Below are positions 29,417-39,057 of a stretch of DNA of 64,000 bases, piece by piece. The stretch lies in the NCBI GenBank assembly GCA_965233585.1, contig CBDDTI010000747.1, positions 192,001-256,000 of the forward strand. The letters run 5' to 3'. Source of the DNA: a bacterium. Lineage in GTDB: Bacteria; SAR324; NAC60-12. A program made the position numbers and the translations under genes. The first letter of the stretch is position 1, and each line of letters opens with the position of its first letter. Below the pieces are notes generated by a model. It was not told where the DNA came from. It made no database searches and was given only the letters and a program-made list of their open reading frames with translations.

Positions 29417-31400
29417 GGCTATGTATCAAAATGTATTATTTAAAAATCATTTAGATAATCTCTTGCATAGATTTGAAGAAATACATAACTTTATCTATGC
29501 AAACGATGGATTGTCAGAACAACAAGTCTTAGAAGAAATAGTCAAGATACTATTTACTAAGTACTATGATGAACAACATGCAGAGACTCTATTTTATGCA
29601 AGGATCAATGAATCTAGTCATCATTCTAGTTTTATAGACAGAATTTACAATCTATTTGAGCAAACTAAGCAAAAGTATCAACCTTATTTTGATAGTAAAG
29701 AAAATTTAAAACTAAGTCACCAATCTTTGTTCTTTGTAATTAATAGTTTACAAGATATTCATTTTTCAAAATCAACGAAGGATGTCGGAGGTCTTGCGTT
29801 TCAGAAATTTTTGGGAAGACATGCAAAATGCGGAAGAGGTCAGTTTTTTACTCCTGATCCAGTTGTTGACTTCTGTGTAAAAATGATCAAACCCAGGCCA
29901 AATGAAAAAATTATTGACCCCGCATGTGGGACAGGAAGTTTTTTGTTTTCCTCCTTAAACTACATCAAAGAATTATACAAAGATGAAAGTATACACGATT
30001 ACGTCAAAAACAACTTGTTTGGAATAGAAATCAATAAAAGAGTCTCACAAATTGCCAAAATCAAATTCTTGATAGAAACTAATTCTGACCCCAATATCAT
30101 CTGTCATAATGCACTAAAATCTCTAAATAGTATCAGTTTTTTAAACATCAAATGCACTAGTCATTTTTACGATGTTGTACTGACCAATCCACCATTCGGG
30201 ACACAAGGAAAAGTTTTTGAAAAAGAAATTTTATCAAACTACGATTTAGGTCATAAATGGAACGAACTAGACAGTATTTACTACAAGTCAGACAAACTGC
30301 TAAAAGGCCAAATACCAGATGTTTTATTTATTGAACAGTGTCTAAATCTTTTAAAACCTAGTGGTAGATTAGGGATCGTTTTACCAAATGGACATTTTGA
30401 AAACGCTTCTATGCAATATTTGAGAGACTACATAAAAGAAAAAGCATTTGTTATAGCTATTGTCTCTCTTCCTCAAGAAACGTTTATACCTTATGGTACA
30501 GGGGTGAAGTCTTCTTTGCTTTTTTTACAAAAAAAACAAGACATGGTAACAAGACATCGTCAAATATTTTTCAGTAAAATCAATAAAATAGGATATACTG
30601 GAAACAAAAATGGGACTCCCGTTTACAAAAAAAATACAGCAGGTGAAATAGATGAAGATTTGACAGAATCCATCAATGATTATCATCATTTTTTAAAAAA
30701 TCAATCAATCAAAAATAGTAGATCTTTTTCCATTTCATCTCAAGAGCTAAACAATCGCTTCGATTATGATTACTATTCACCTGAAAATAGAAATTTGATT
30801 ACTATCTTAAAAAAATTAGACGCAGTAAAAATTGAAGACATTGCAAACATAGTAAAAGTTAAATCTTCTAGGATAAAATTAGACAATATTGTTCAATACA
30901 TAGAATTATCTGATATTTATGTCAAGTATTTTGAAATTGTGAACAGCTCATCTTTGTTAGCAAGTGAATTACCAAGTAGAGCCAGTTATGAAGTAAGGAA
31001 CGGTGATATTATTACTGCTGTAGCAGGGAACTCCATCGGTACCAAAAAACATGCTACAGCCTATGTGACTCAAGAGTACGACAAATCTATTTGTACAAAT
31101 GGATTTAGAGTTTTAAGAGATAGTCAAATCAGTCACTACTACTTGCTATACTATTTTCAAAGCGATTTATTTTTGCAACAAATATTGATGTATAGAACAG
31201 GTGCTGCGATTCCAGCAATATCTGATAAAGATTTTTCAAAAATATTAGTTTATTTACCAGCTAAAGAAAAAATGGATAAGATCATCTTCCAAATGAAAAA
31301 TTTTTTTAAATTGAGAGATGATGCTAATTGTGTACTTTCAAAAATAGACAAAGAAGACGATACGAATTCTATTCTGGTCCATCACGTATCTTTCAGATAG
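29409..31400 (+). CDS. N6-adenine DNA methyltransferase (HsdM-like) fused to a C-terminal specificity (TRD/HsdS-like) domain
   Basis: GQFFTP, IIDPACGTGSF, VLTNPPFG; C-terminal ELPSRASY...GDII...CTNGFRVL...TGAAIPAI. Confidence 0.9.
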   Translation: MNEAMYQNVLFKNHLDNLLHRFEEIHNFIYANDGLSEQQVLEEIVKILFTKYYDEQHAETLFYARINESSHHSSFIDRIYNLFEQTKQKYQPYFDSKENLKLSHQSLFFVINSLQDIHFSKSTKDVGGLAFQKFLGRHAKCGRGQFFTPDPVVDFCVKMIKPRPNEKIIDPACGTGSFLFSSLNYIKELYKDESIHDYVKNNLFGIEINKRVSQIAKIKFLIETNSDPNIICHNALKSLNSISFLNIKCTSHFYDVVLTNPPFGTQGKVFEKEILSNYDLGHKWNELDSIYYKSDKLLKGQIPDVLFIEQCLNLLKPSGRLGIVLPNGHFENASMQYLRDYIKEKAFVIAIVSLPQETFIPYGTGVKSSLLFLQKKQDMVTRHRQIFFSKINKIGYTGNKNGTPVYKKNTAGEIDEDLTESINDYHHFLKNQSIKNSRSFSISSQELNNRFDYDYYSPENRNLITILKKLDAVKIEDIANIVKVKSSRIKLDNIVQYIELSDIYVKYFEIVNSSSLLASELPSRASYEVRNGDIITAVAGNSIGTKKHATAYVTQEYDKSICTNGFRVLRDSQISHYYLLYYFQSDLFLQQILMYRTGAAIPAISDKDFSKILVYLPAKEKMDKIIFQMKNFFKLRDDANCVLSKIDKEDDTNSILVHHVSFR

Positions 31401-31405
31401 ACACC

Positions 31406-32122
31406 ATGCCCCTTTTAAAAACCAAAAATCTGCACGTGCGTTATGGAAGTATTCAAGCAGTGCGGGGAGTGGATTTTGAAGTCCACGAAGGCGAAGTGGT
31501 CGTCTTGCTTGGTGCAAATGGAGCAGGCAAGTCTTCCACACTCAATGCCATGATGGGATTAGTGCCAACAGCTCAAGGACAAGTGCTTTTAAATGGGCAA
31601 GACATCACTAACCAAGCAACTGAAAAGTTAGCCAAGCAGGGAATCACTTTGTGTCCTGAAGGCAGAAGGGTTTTTGGGACTTTGTCTGTTGCAGAAAATC
31701 TGTTGTTGGGTGCTTATACTGTTCAAAAGAAGGAACAGATGCAGGAAAGCCTTGAGTTTGTTTATTCACTCTTTCCCATTTTGTATGAAAGGCAACAACA
31801 ATACGCAGGGACGCTTTCAGGCGGACAACAACAAATGCTTGCAGTAGCTCGTGCCTTGATGTGCCAGCCACGCCTGTTGCTGTTAGATGAACCCTCTCTT
31901 GGATTAGCTCCTAAAATTGTTGATGAGATGTTTCAGCTCCTGCTCAAGCTCAAAAGTCAAGGTATCACTTTAACACTGGTAGAGCAAAACGTGCATCAAG
32001 CGCTAGAGATTGCAGACCGTGGCTATGTGTTGTCTGAAGGACAAATCAGCTTATCAGGAACAGCAAAAGAGTTGTCAAAACTCTCAGACTTGAAAGAAAT
32101 TTATTTGAGTGTCAAGCCATGA
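31406..32122 (+). CDS. ABC ATP-binding protein (LivF-like)
   Basis: GANGAGKSS, PEGRRVF, LSGGQQQML, LLLDEPSLGLAP, VEQN. Confidence 0.93.
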   Translation: MPLLKTKNLHVRYGSIQAVRGVDFEVHEGEVVVLLGANGAGKSSTLNAMMGLVPTAQGQVLLNGQDITNQATEKLAKQGITLCPEGRRVFGTLSVAENLLLGAYTVQKKEQMQESLEFVYSLFPILYERQQQYAGTLSGGQQQMLAVARALMCQPRLLLLDEPSLGLAPKIVDEMFQLLLKLKSQGITLTLVEQNVHQALEIADRGYVLSEGQISLSGTAKELSKLSDLKEIYLSVKP

Positions 32123-33012
32123 ACTTTTTCATACAGCAAACAGTCAATGCCTTTGCTTTAGGTGGGACTTATGCCTTGTTAGCATTGGGGTTGGCAGTGA
32201 TTTTCTCTGTGATGGGAATGATCAATTTTGCTCATGGTGAGCTGATGACGATTGCAGGTTATGCTCTGATGTATGGGGGCTTGTGGCTCTTGCCTTTTCC
32301 TGTGGCTGTCATCTTTGCTATTCTTTCAAGTGTTGCGGCTGCAATGTTGATGGAAAAGGTGGCGTTCCGTCCTGTCAGAAGCTCATCGGGTGCGACGATG
32401 CTGGTGACCAGTTTTGCCGTTGCTATGATCTTGCAAGTGTTGTTTCAAAATCTCATTTCCACAAGGTCTCAAGCAGTGAAGTTACCAGAGTTCCTTTCTG
32501 AAAGTGTCTCTGTTTGGGGATTAGTGATTGGTGTGAACAAACTGATTGCGATTGCAACGACACTGGTCATGCTCTTGTTTTTAGAATGGTTTATGCGGAA
32601 GCACAAGATGGGAATTGCCATGCGTGCTGCTGCAGAAGACTTTGCCATTGCACGGCTGATGGGGATTCGTGCCAATGCCGTCATCTCATGTGCCTTTGCA
32701 TTGTCAGGGTTGTTAGCTGGGGTGGCATCAGTCATTTGGGTTTCGCAACGAGCCTCTGTTGACCCGCTGATGGGCTTCGTCCCTGTTCTCAAAGCCTTCA
32801 TTGCCTCCATTTTAGGCGGTTTAGGAGTGTTGCGCGGTGCTGTGATTGGGGGGTTTTTGTTGGGTTTTATTGAAATTTACCTTGCCGCTTATCTTCCTGA
32901 AGGCTGGCAAGACTTCCGTGAATCGCTCGCATTGTCTCTTGTTGTGCTTGTCTTGTTATTCAGACCACACGGCTTGCTTACAGGGGCATCAGTCAAATCA
33001 CAGAAGGTCTAA
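32119..33012 (+). CDS. ABC permease (LivH-like)
   Basis: YALLALGL, INFAHGE, G.AMRA, KAFIASILGGLG. Confidence 0.92.
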   Translation: MNFFIQQTVNAFALGGTYALLALGLAVIFSVMGMINFAHGELMTIAGYALMYGGLWLLPFPVAVIFAILSSVAAAMLMEKVAFRPVRSSSGATMLVTSFAVAMILQVLFQNLISTRSQAVKLPEFLSESVSVWGLVIGVNKLIAIATTLVMLLFLEWFMRKHKMGIAMRAAAEDFAIARLMGIRANAVISCAFALSGLLAGVASVIWVSQRASVDPLMGFVPVLKAFIASILGGLGVLRGAVIGGFLLGFIEIYLAAYLPEGWQDFRESLALSLVVLVLLFRPHGLLTGASVKSQKV

Positions 33013-33783
33013 ATGTTATCATTACTCACCTCTGATGACCCAAATCCCGTAGAAATTGCCAATGCACAAGGCAAATCAGAAATTGTCTTGACTTGCGAGC
33101 ATGCAGGCAATGCCGTCCCGTACAGGCTGAACAATTTAGGTTTGTCCGCAGAAAACCTCCAAAAACACATCGCATGGGACATTGGAGCAAAAGAGATCGC
33201 TTGCCTTTTATCTGAAAAACTAAATGCCCCTTTGATCTTGCAAAATTACAGCCGTCTGGTCATTGACTGCAACCGTCCGACTCATGCACCCGATTCTATG
33301 GCACCAGTCAGCGACCACATTTCTATCCCTGCCAACTACAATATCTCTCAAGCAGAAAAACAGTGGCGGATTGATGAAATCTTTCAACCCTATCAAAACA
33401 CCATCTCCACCTTTTTAGACCAACATGAAAGAAAAATCGCCATCTCTATTCACAGCTTTACTCCTGTGATGAACGGCTTCAGGCGACCTTGGGACATTGG
33501 CTTTTTGGGAAGAAAGGAACTTCAAACTTCTACTCTTTTGATGGAATCTGTCAAACAACATGTCCCAGATTTGAACGTCACACTCAACCAACCTTACAAA
33601 GTCAGTGATATTGGAGATTGGTTTGTCCCGCAACACGGAGAAAAACGGGGGATTCCACACACTTTGATTGAAGTCAGAAACGACCACTTACGTTCTGCTG
33701 ACCATTGTGCCAAATTTGCAGACATCTTATCTTTCACAATTCACACTAATTTAAAAAAAATTCTCAATGTCTCTTTCTCGTGA
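33013..33783 (+). CDS. N-formylglutamate amidohydrolase family protein
   Basis: CEHAGN, HIAWDIGA, SRLVIDCNR, SIHSFTP, NQPY, IEVRND. Confidence 0.9.
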   Translation: MLSLLTSDDPNPVEIANAQGKSEIVLTCEHAGNAVPYRLNNLGLSAENLQKHIAWDIGAKEIACLLSEKLNAPLILQNYSRLVIDCNRPTHAPDSMAPVSDHISIPANYNISQAEKQWRIDEIFQPYQNTISTFLDQHERKIAISIHSFTPVMNGFRRPWDIGFLGRKELQTSTLLMESVKQHVPDLNVTLNQPYKVSDIGDWFVPQHGEKRGIPHTLIEVRNDHLRSADHCAKFADILSFTIHTNLKKILNVSFS

Positions 33784-34414
33784 AGTCCCACTAAACCCCG
33801 AACAATCTGCCTTGTTATTGATTGACATGCAAAACTTTAGTTGTCATCGTCAAGGCTCTGAATTTAAAGAACTTTCTCAAAACACATTTGACCAAAAATA
33901 TTCATATTTTTTCAATCAACTCAAAACAGAAGTCATTCCCAACATACAAAAGTTACAAAGGGCATTCCGCCTAAAAAAAATGGAGGTGCTTTACACCACC
34001 ATTGAAAGCCTGACATTAGATGGAAGAGACCGCAGTTTAGATTACAAAATCACAGGCTTTCATGTCCCCAAAGGCTCGTGGGACGCCAAGGTGATTGACG
34101 AACTTGCCATACAAGGAGACGAAATTTGCCTGCCCAAATCCTCTTCTTCTGTTTTTATCTCTACTCATCTTGACTACATTCTACGCAATTTGGGAATGAA
34201 ACAACTGGTCATTTGTGGATGTTTGACAGACCAGTGTGTAGAAAGTGCCATCCGCGACGCCTGCGACTTAGGATATTTGGTCACACAAATCACTGATGCT
34301 TGTGCCACGTATTCCCCACAAAGACACGACCATTCTCTCCAGACCATTCAGGGCTATTGCCGTCAACGCACCACTCAACAACTTCTAACCGAATTGACCA
34401 CTCTTCAAGATTAA
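33767..34414 (+). CDS. Isochorismatase/cysteine hydrolase family protein
   Basis: ALLLIDMQN, KSSSSVF, TDQCVESAIRDACDLGY. Confidence 0.9.
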   Translation: MSLSREVPLNPEQSALLLIDMQNFSCHRQGSEFKELSQNTFDQKYSYFFNQLKTEVIPNIQKLQRAFRLKKMEVLYTTIESLTLDGRDRSLDYKITGFHVPKGSWDAKVIDELAIQGDEICLPKSSSSVFISTHLDYILRNLGMKQLVICGCLTDQCVESAIRDACDLGYLVTQITDACATYSPQRHDHSLQTIQGYCRQRTTQQLLTELTTLQD

Positions 34415-34461
34415 GTTTCAGATTTTCTCTTCTGCCAGCTCTCGCTTTTTTCAATTTCTTA

Positions 34462-34927
34462 GTCATTGCGGACTTGTTCCGTAATCTCATCTTGTTTTTT
34501 CCCAACAACTCCATTTTTTGAGATTGCGGGTCAAGTCCCGCAATGACGGAGGACGTTTAAGATTGTGGGTCAAGCACTCAAATGACTACGACTGTCATTC
34601 GGAGCGAAAGCAGGAATCCATGCGATGTTGACGATAGATGACGTGTCAGGCACTCAAGTGACAGAAAAAAGAGAGGAGAATTGAAACACTTTGCCTTTTC
34701 GTCATGTCTCACTTTGAAAACCATCATTGCGGTCTTGTTCCGCAATCTCTCTTTTCTCAATCTTCCCTTTTTCTTTTCTTCGTTGTAGGCTTGTTTTTTT
34801 GCCATTCCTGCGGAAGCAGGAATCTATCCTCCAACTGCTGATGGGTTCTGTGTCAAGTACGGAATGACGGTTGAATAGTGATTGCCACCTTGAGTTTGGT
34901 CATGGCTCACCTTGACCCGCAATCTCA
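34462..34927. repeat. Cluster of REP/RPE-like palindromes
   Basis: GTCATTGCGGACTTGTTCCG(T/C)AATCTC-type units at 34462 and 34723, inverted at 34520; GTCATTCC.GCG.AAGCAGGAATC-type units at 34594 and 34801; degenerate copies at 34559 and 34899. Confidence 0.8.
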
Positions 34928-35022
34928 CTTTTTTCAGAATTCTCGCTCTCCTGAACTTTCTTTTTCCATTTTGTCTTTGAATTTGTTATGATTCTGGATT
35001 TGGCATTCTCACGAATAGGCTG

Positions 35023-35923
35023 ATGGAAACCGCATTACTTTTTGACACACTCAAGACTTCCAAACACTTGCCAGCTGCAGGCTTTGAGCAAGAGCAAGCA
35101 GAGGCATTGACAGAAGAATTTAAATTTGTTGTAGAAAGCAACTTTGCAAAACTTTCCACCAAAGACCAAGTCTCTGGTTTAGAGGCAAACCTTAATGAAA
35201 GACTGGAGCAAAAAGCAACTAAAGACCAAGTTTCTAATTTAGAAACCAATCTTAATGAAAGACTGGAGCAAAAAGCTACCAAAGAGCAAGTCTTTTACTT
35301 GCAAGAATAGCTGGAGCAAAAAGCAACTAAAGACCAAGTTTCTAATTTAGAAACCAATCTTAATGGGAAAATCTCTAGTTTAGAGGAAGAACTGAAGCAA
35401 AAAGCGACTAAAGATCAGGTATCTCACTTACAAGAACAGCTGGAGCAAAAGGCTACCAAAGAGCAAGTTTCTGGTTTAGAGGCAAACCTTAATGGGAAAA
35501 TCTCTAGTTTAGAGGAAGAACTGAAGCAAAAAGCGACTAAAGATCAGGTATCTCACTTACAAGAACAGCTGGAGCAAAAGGCTACCAAAGAGCAAGTTTC
35601 TGGTTTAGAGGCAAACCTTAATGGGAAAATCTCTAGTTTAGAGGAAGAACTGAAGCAGAAAGCGACTAAAGAGCAGGTGTCTCACTTACAAGAACAGCTG
35701 GAGCAAAAAGCCACCAAAGAACAGTTTGTTTACTTGCAAGAGCAACTGGAGCAAAAAGCCACCAAAGAGCAAGTTTCTAATTTAGAAACCAATCTTAAAT
35801 GAGAAGATTGACAGCAAATTTAAACTCTTGTCATGGATGTCCGGTTTTGGCATTTCTCTGAATCTGGTAATGCTTGGAGTCATGTTAGCCTTTTTATTTT
35901 CTTTTTTTCTTCCATCCAAATAA
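35023..35923 (+). pseudogene. DUF1640/CCDC90-like coiled-coil gene with premature TAG and +1 frameshift
   Basis: FDTLK..AGFEQEQAEA head; TAG at 35308 where sibling repeats have CAG; frame continues with 129-bp repeats; extra A near 35798 separates the WMSGFG..VMLAFLF TM tail ending TAA 35923. Confidence 0.8.
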
Positions 35924-36030
35924 AACGCCCTGTTTTGAAAGGGTACACTTGTTTTTTGAGGTTCCGTGTCAATCGCTCAAATGACCAAAAGCCAAGCCAA
36001 CGTTTCAACCGTCATAGCGGGCGTGTCTTT

Positions 36031-36138
36031 GTCATTCTTGCGTAAGCAGGAATCTATCCTCTAACTGCTGATGGATTCCGCATCAAGTTCTGCAATGACG
36101 GAGGGCGTTTGAGACTCTGAATCAAGTTCTGCAATGAC
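36031..36138. repeat. REP-like palindromic unit, direct copy of 34801-34870
   Basis: gtcattcttgcgtaagcaggaatctatcctctaactgctgatgg matches gccattcctgcggaagcaggaatctatcctccaactgctgatgg. Confidence 0.8.
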
Positions 36139-36161
36139 TTTTGAAAGTGTTCAGAAGGGCG

Positions 36162-37133
36162 TTAAAAAATGCCAGCACGTAGAATGTGGTAAATTTGAAT
36201 GATGCCAATGGGAACGTTCGTGTTTGATGTGACCACAAGGCAGGTAATGGAGTGAGTTTCCATCAGATGCAACGCACGTGCGGCGAGAGAGTCTGCCTCA
36301 ATCGTTTTGGGATTGGGGGAAAGGAATTGAGCAAGCGGCTGGTGATGAAAGATGATGTTTTGGTTGACAAGCCTCATCAGGTCTCCGACGCTGAAGACCC
36401 CGCTTAGTTGATTGTTTTCATTGACTCCAATCAGCAATCCCAGCATTTTCTCTGACAAGAGTTGCACAGCATCTTGCATCAAAGTTTGTTCTGGAATCAA
36501 AGGAAGTTGTTCGCCAGAAATCATGACATCTTTGACACGAAGCGTGAGCTTTTTGCCAAGACTTCCGCCTGGGTGAAAGATTGCAAAGTCTTCTTGGCTG
36601 AAATGCCTTAATTCCAGCAAACACATCGCTAAGGCATCACCCATCGCCAAAGTGGCAATGGAGCTGGTGGTTGGTGCTAGTCCTAGAGGGCAGGCTTCTT
36701 TGGGAATGGAGACATCAAGCACGACATGGCAACTTTTGGCAAGGGTTGTCTGTTGTCCGCTGCAAATGCCAATCAATGGGATTCCCATGTTTTGAACAGG
36801 TGCAAGGAGTTGTAGGACTTCTTCAGTTTCTCCACTGAATGAAAGGGCAATCAAGACATCATTTTGGGAAATGACGCCCAAGTCTCCATGTACTGCCTCC
36901 CCTGCATGCAAGAACAAAGCAGGAGTCCCTGTGCTGGAAAAGGTTGCTGCCATTTTTTGACCAATGATGCCACTTTTACCAACTCCTGTCACAATGACCT
37001 TGCCTGTGCATTTCAGTAAGCATGAGGTGGCTTTTTCAAAAGATTGGTCTAACCTTTGAGCCATCGCACGCAGTCCTTCTATTTCTGTCTCTAACGTTTC
37101 TCTTGCACGTTTTAAAATCTGAGATTCACTCAT
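36162..37133 (-). CDS. kdsD: Arabinose-5-phosphate isomerase (KpsF/GutQ family, SIS plus CBS)
   Basis: GVGKSG, STGTP, EAVHGDLG, EACPLGLAPT, FHPGGSLG, CBS pair. Confidence 0.93.
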   Translation of the reverse strand: MSESQILKRARETLETEIEGLRAMAQRLDQSFEKATSCLLKCTGKVIVTGVGKSGIIGQKMAATFSSTGTPALFLHAGEAVHGDLGVISQNDVLIALSFSGETEEVLQLLAPVQNMGIPLIGICSGQQTTLAKSCHVVLDVSIPKEACPLGLAPTTSSIATLAMGDALAMCLLELRHFSQEDFAIFHPGGSLGKKLTLRVKDVMISGEQLPLIPEQTLMQDAVQLLSEKMLGLLIGVNENNQLSGVFSVGDLMRLVNQNIIFHHQPLAQFLSPNPKTIEADSLAARALHLMETHSITCLVVTSNTNVPIGIIQIYHILRAGIF

Positions 37134-37777
37134 AAGGAGTCCATTCCAGCCATTTTTTGAATCCTCTGGGTTGGACAAATGATGCTGACAATGCGGATTC
37201 CAAACTTTTCATTGACGACCACCACTTCACCTTTGGCAATTAAATGTCCACTGACAAACAAATCTAAATCTTCCCCAACCAAACGATGTAATTCAATCAC
37301 AGAACCCTGCCCAAGCGAAAGTAAGTCATTGATTTTCATTTTAGAACGTCCCACTTCAAAAGACAGGGTCAGCTCCATGTCTAGCAGAAAGTCTATGCTG
37401 ACTTGGGTAGAGTCTTCAGGTTTTTCTGTGAACGCTGTTGCTCCTTGTAACATGACATTCATTTCTGACTGACTCAACACATTGCCTGCCAGTGCATCAG
37501 CATCATAATCTTCTGTGTCCACTTCCTTCAGCTCATCAGCACTTGATGAAGGTTCTTCTTCTTTGACTTGAGGAATGTCAGCTAAGAGTTCCGACAACTC
37601 TGATGCTTCTTCTTCAGCACTTGCCTCTGGTGTTGGCTCAGCAGGTAAGTCAAACACAGAATCATCTTCTGGTTGGATTTCTGCTTGTCGTTCAGGGTTT
37701 TGAGCAACAGGCTCGCCGGTAATTTCTGCTGCTTCTGCCAAAAGTTTGTCTATGTCTTCTTGGTCCATGTCTGCCAT
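37130..37777 (-). CDS. fliN: Flagellar motor switch protein FliN with long acidic N-terminus
   Basis: C-terminal SpoA domain EVGRSKM...GSVIEL...LIAKGEVVVVNEKFGIRI. Confidence 0.9.
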   Translation of the reverse strand: MADMDQEDIDKLLAEAAEITGEPVAQNPERQAEIQPEDDSVFDLPAEPTPEASAEEEASELSELLADIPQVKEEEPSSSADELKEVDTEDYDADALAGNVLSQSEMNVMLQGATAFTEKPEDSTQVSIDFLLDMELTLSFEVGRSKMKINDLLSLGQGSVIELHRLVGEDLDLFVSGHLIAKGEVVVVNEKFGIRIVSIICPTQRIQKMAGMDSL

Positions 37778-37821
37778 ACTTTTCCTTTGGTCTGTGTTTT
37801 GGTTTTGATTTTTTGGTTTTT

Positions 37822-39057
37822 TCAGTCTCCAAATGAGTTAGAAGAATCCCAGTTGCACAATGCAAGGAGGTCTTGATAAGTTTCTCGTCTTCTGATGAGC
37901 TTGGTCTCTTGCCCGTCAACTAAGACTTCTGCAGGTCTGCCTCTCATGTTGTATGAAGAACTCATGCTGTATCCATAAGCTCCACAATCTTTGATGGCAA
38001 TGAGGTCTCCTTGCTTTAGGAGGGGCAAGAGAATTGGAGCATGTCCTTGGTCGTTTTGATTGAGGACGTCGCCTGTTTCGCAAATATTTCCAGCAATCAC
38101 CACTGCTTGAGCCTCTCGCCCAGAGTCATTGGAGTCAGTAACTGCTTCTATTTGGTGATAAGCACCATACATGGCAGGTCTGATTAAGTGATTCATGCCT
38201 GTATCTACCCCTACAAATTGATAATCGGGTGTGTGTTTGACGCCATTGACTGTGGCTAACAATGTTCCAGAACTGCCAACCAGATAGCGTCCCGGCTCCA
38301 TTTTCAACTCCAAATGCTCAAATCCTTGCATTTCGTGTTGGATTTGTTTGCTCAAAGACTGCACGTCAAATTCTTGTGTTCCTTCTTGGTATGGGATTCC
38401 AAAGCCACCCCCTATGTCCACAAACTTCAAATGAGGACAAGATTGACTTATTTGCAATAATTTTTGCAATGACTGGATAAAAGGCTGGCTTTCTGTAATT
38501 CCTGCCCCGATATGGACATGAAGCCCGATTAACGTTAGATTGTAAGTTTTGACCAGTTTCAAAGCGTCTGTCAGTTGGTCGTGGTAGATTCCAAATTTGG
38601 ATTGAGACCCTGACGTGATGCAATGTGTGTGATGTCCTGCACCAATGTCAAGGTTGAGGCGCAAAGAGATTTTCCCACAAGTCTTGAATTGACCATAAGT
38701 TTTAATGTTATGCAAAGATTCTGCATTAAAAATCCACCCCTGTTCTACCACCTTTTGAATCTCGTCTGTTGTGATATTATTGCCAGAAAAGAGAATTTGG
38801 TGGCTTTGAAAACCGACCTTTTTGGCAAGGAAGGCTTCGTTAAAAGAGACTGCATCAATCCCTGCCCCTTCCTGTAAAAGAATATTGAGAAGATGCGGAT
38901 TGGAGTTCGCTTTCATGGCGTAATGAATTTGATGCCTCAAACCAAAAAAAGCCTTGCTTAATTTTTGATATTGGGAACGGATTTGAGAGGCATCATAAAA
39001 GTAGAGAGGAGAGCCAAAGCGTTCAATTAAATTTTGCAGAAAAATTTTTTTAAACAT
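37822..39057 (-). CDS. lysA: Diaminopimelate decarboxylase
   Basis: YAMKAN, SKFG, HVHIG, DIGGGFG, MEPGRYLV, GNICETGD, GAYGYSMSSSYN. Confidence 0.95.
   Translation of the reverse strand: MFKKIFLQNLIERFGSPLYFYDASQIRSQYQKLSKAFFGLRHQIHYAMKANSNPHLLNILLQEGAGIDAVSFNEAFLAKKVGFQSHQILFSGNNITTDEIQKVVEQGWIFNAESLHNIKTYGQFKTCGKISLRLNLDIGAGHHTHCITSGSQSKFGIYHDQLTDALKLVKTYNLTLIGLHVHIGAGITESQPFIQSLQKLLQISQSCPHLKFVDIGGGFGIPYQEGTQEFDVQSLSKQIQHEMQGFEHLELKMEPGRYLVGSSGTLLATVNGVKHTPDYQFVGVDTGMNHLIRPAMYGAYHQIEAVTDSNDSGREAQAVVIAGNICETGDVLNQNDQGHAPILLPLLKQGDLIAIKDCGAYGYSMSSSYNMRGRPAEVLVDGQETKLIRRRETYQDLLALCNWDSSNSFGD

Noticed and set aside
31328..31405. Long N-terminal extensions in the ORF track (livF, ispG, kdsD, lysA, actE, 13969..14469)
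   Set aside because: They overlap neighbouring genes; downstream ATGs match family N-termini
34462..34927. Palindromic repeats as a CRISPR array or integron attC sites
   Set aside because: Mixed orientation, irregular spacing, no cas or intI, no clear RYYYAAC/GTTRRRY ends
35833..36045. 70-aa ORF and ORFs 34290..34805
   Set aside because: Out-of-frame overlap with the pseudogene tail or translations of palindromic repeats
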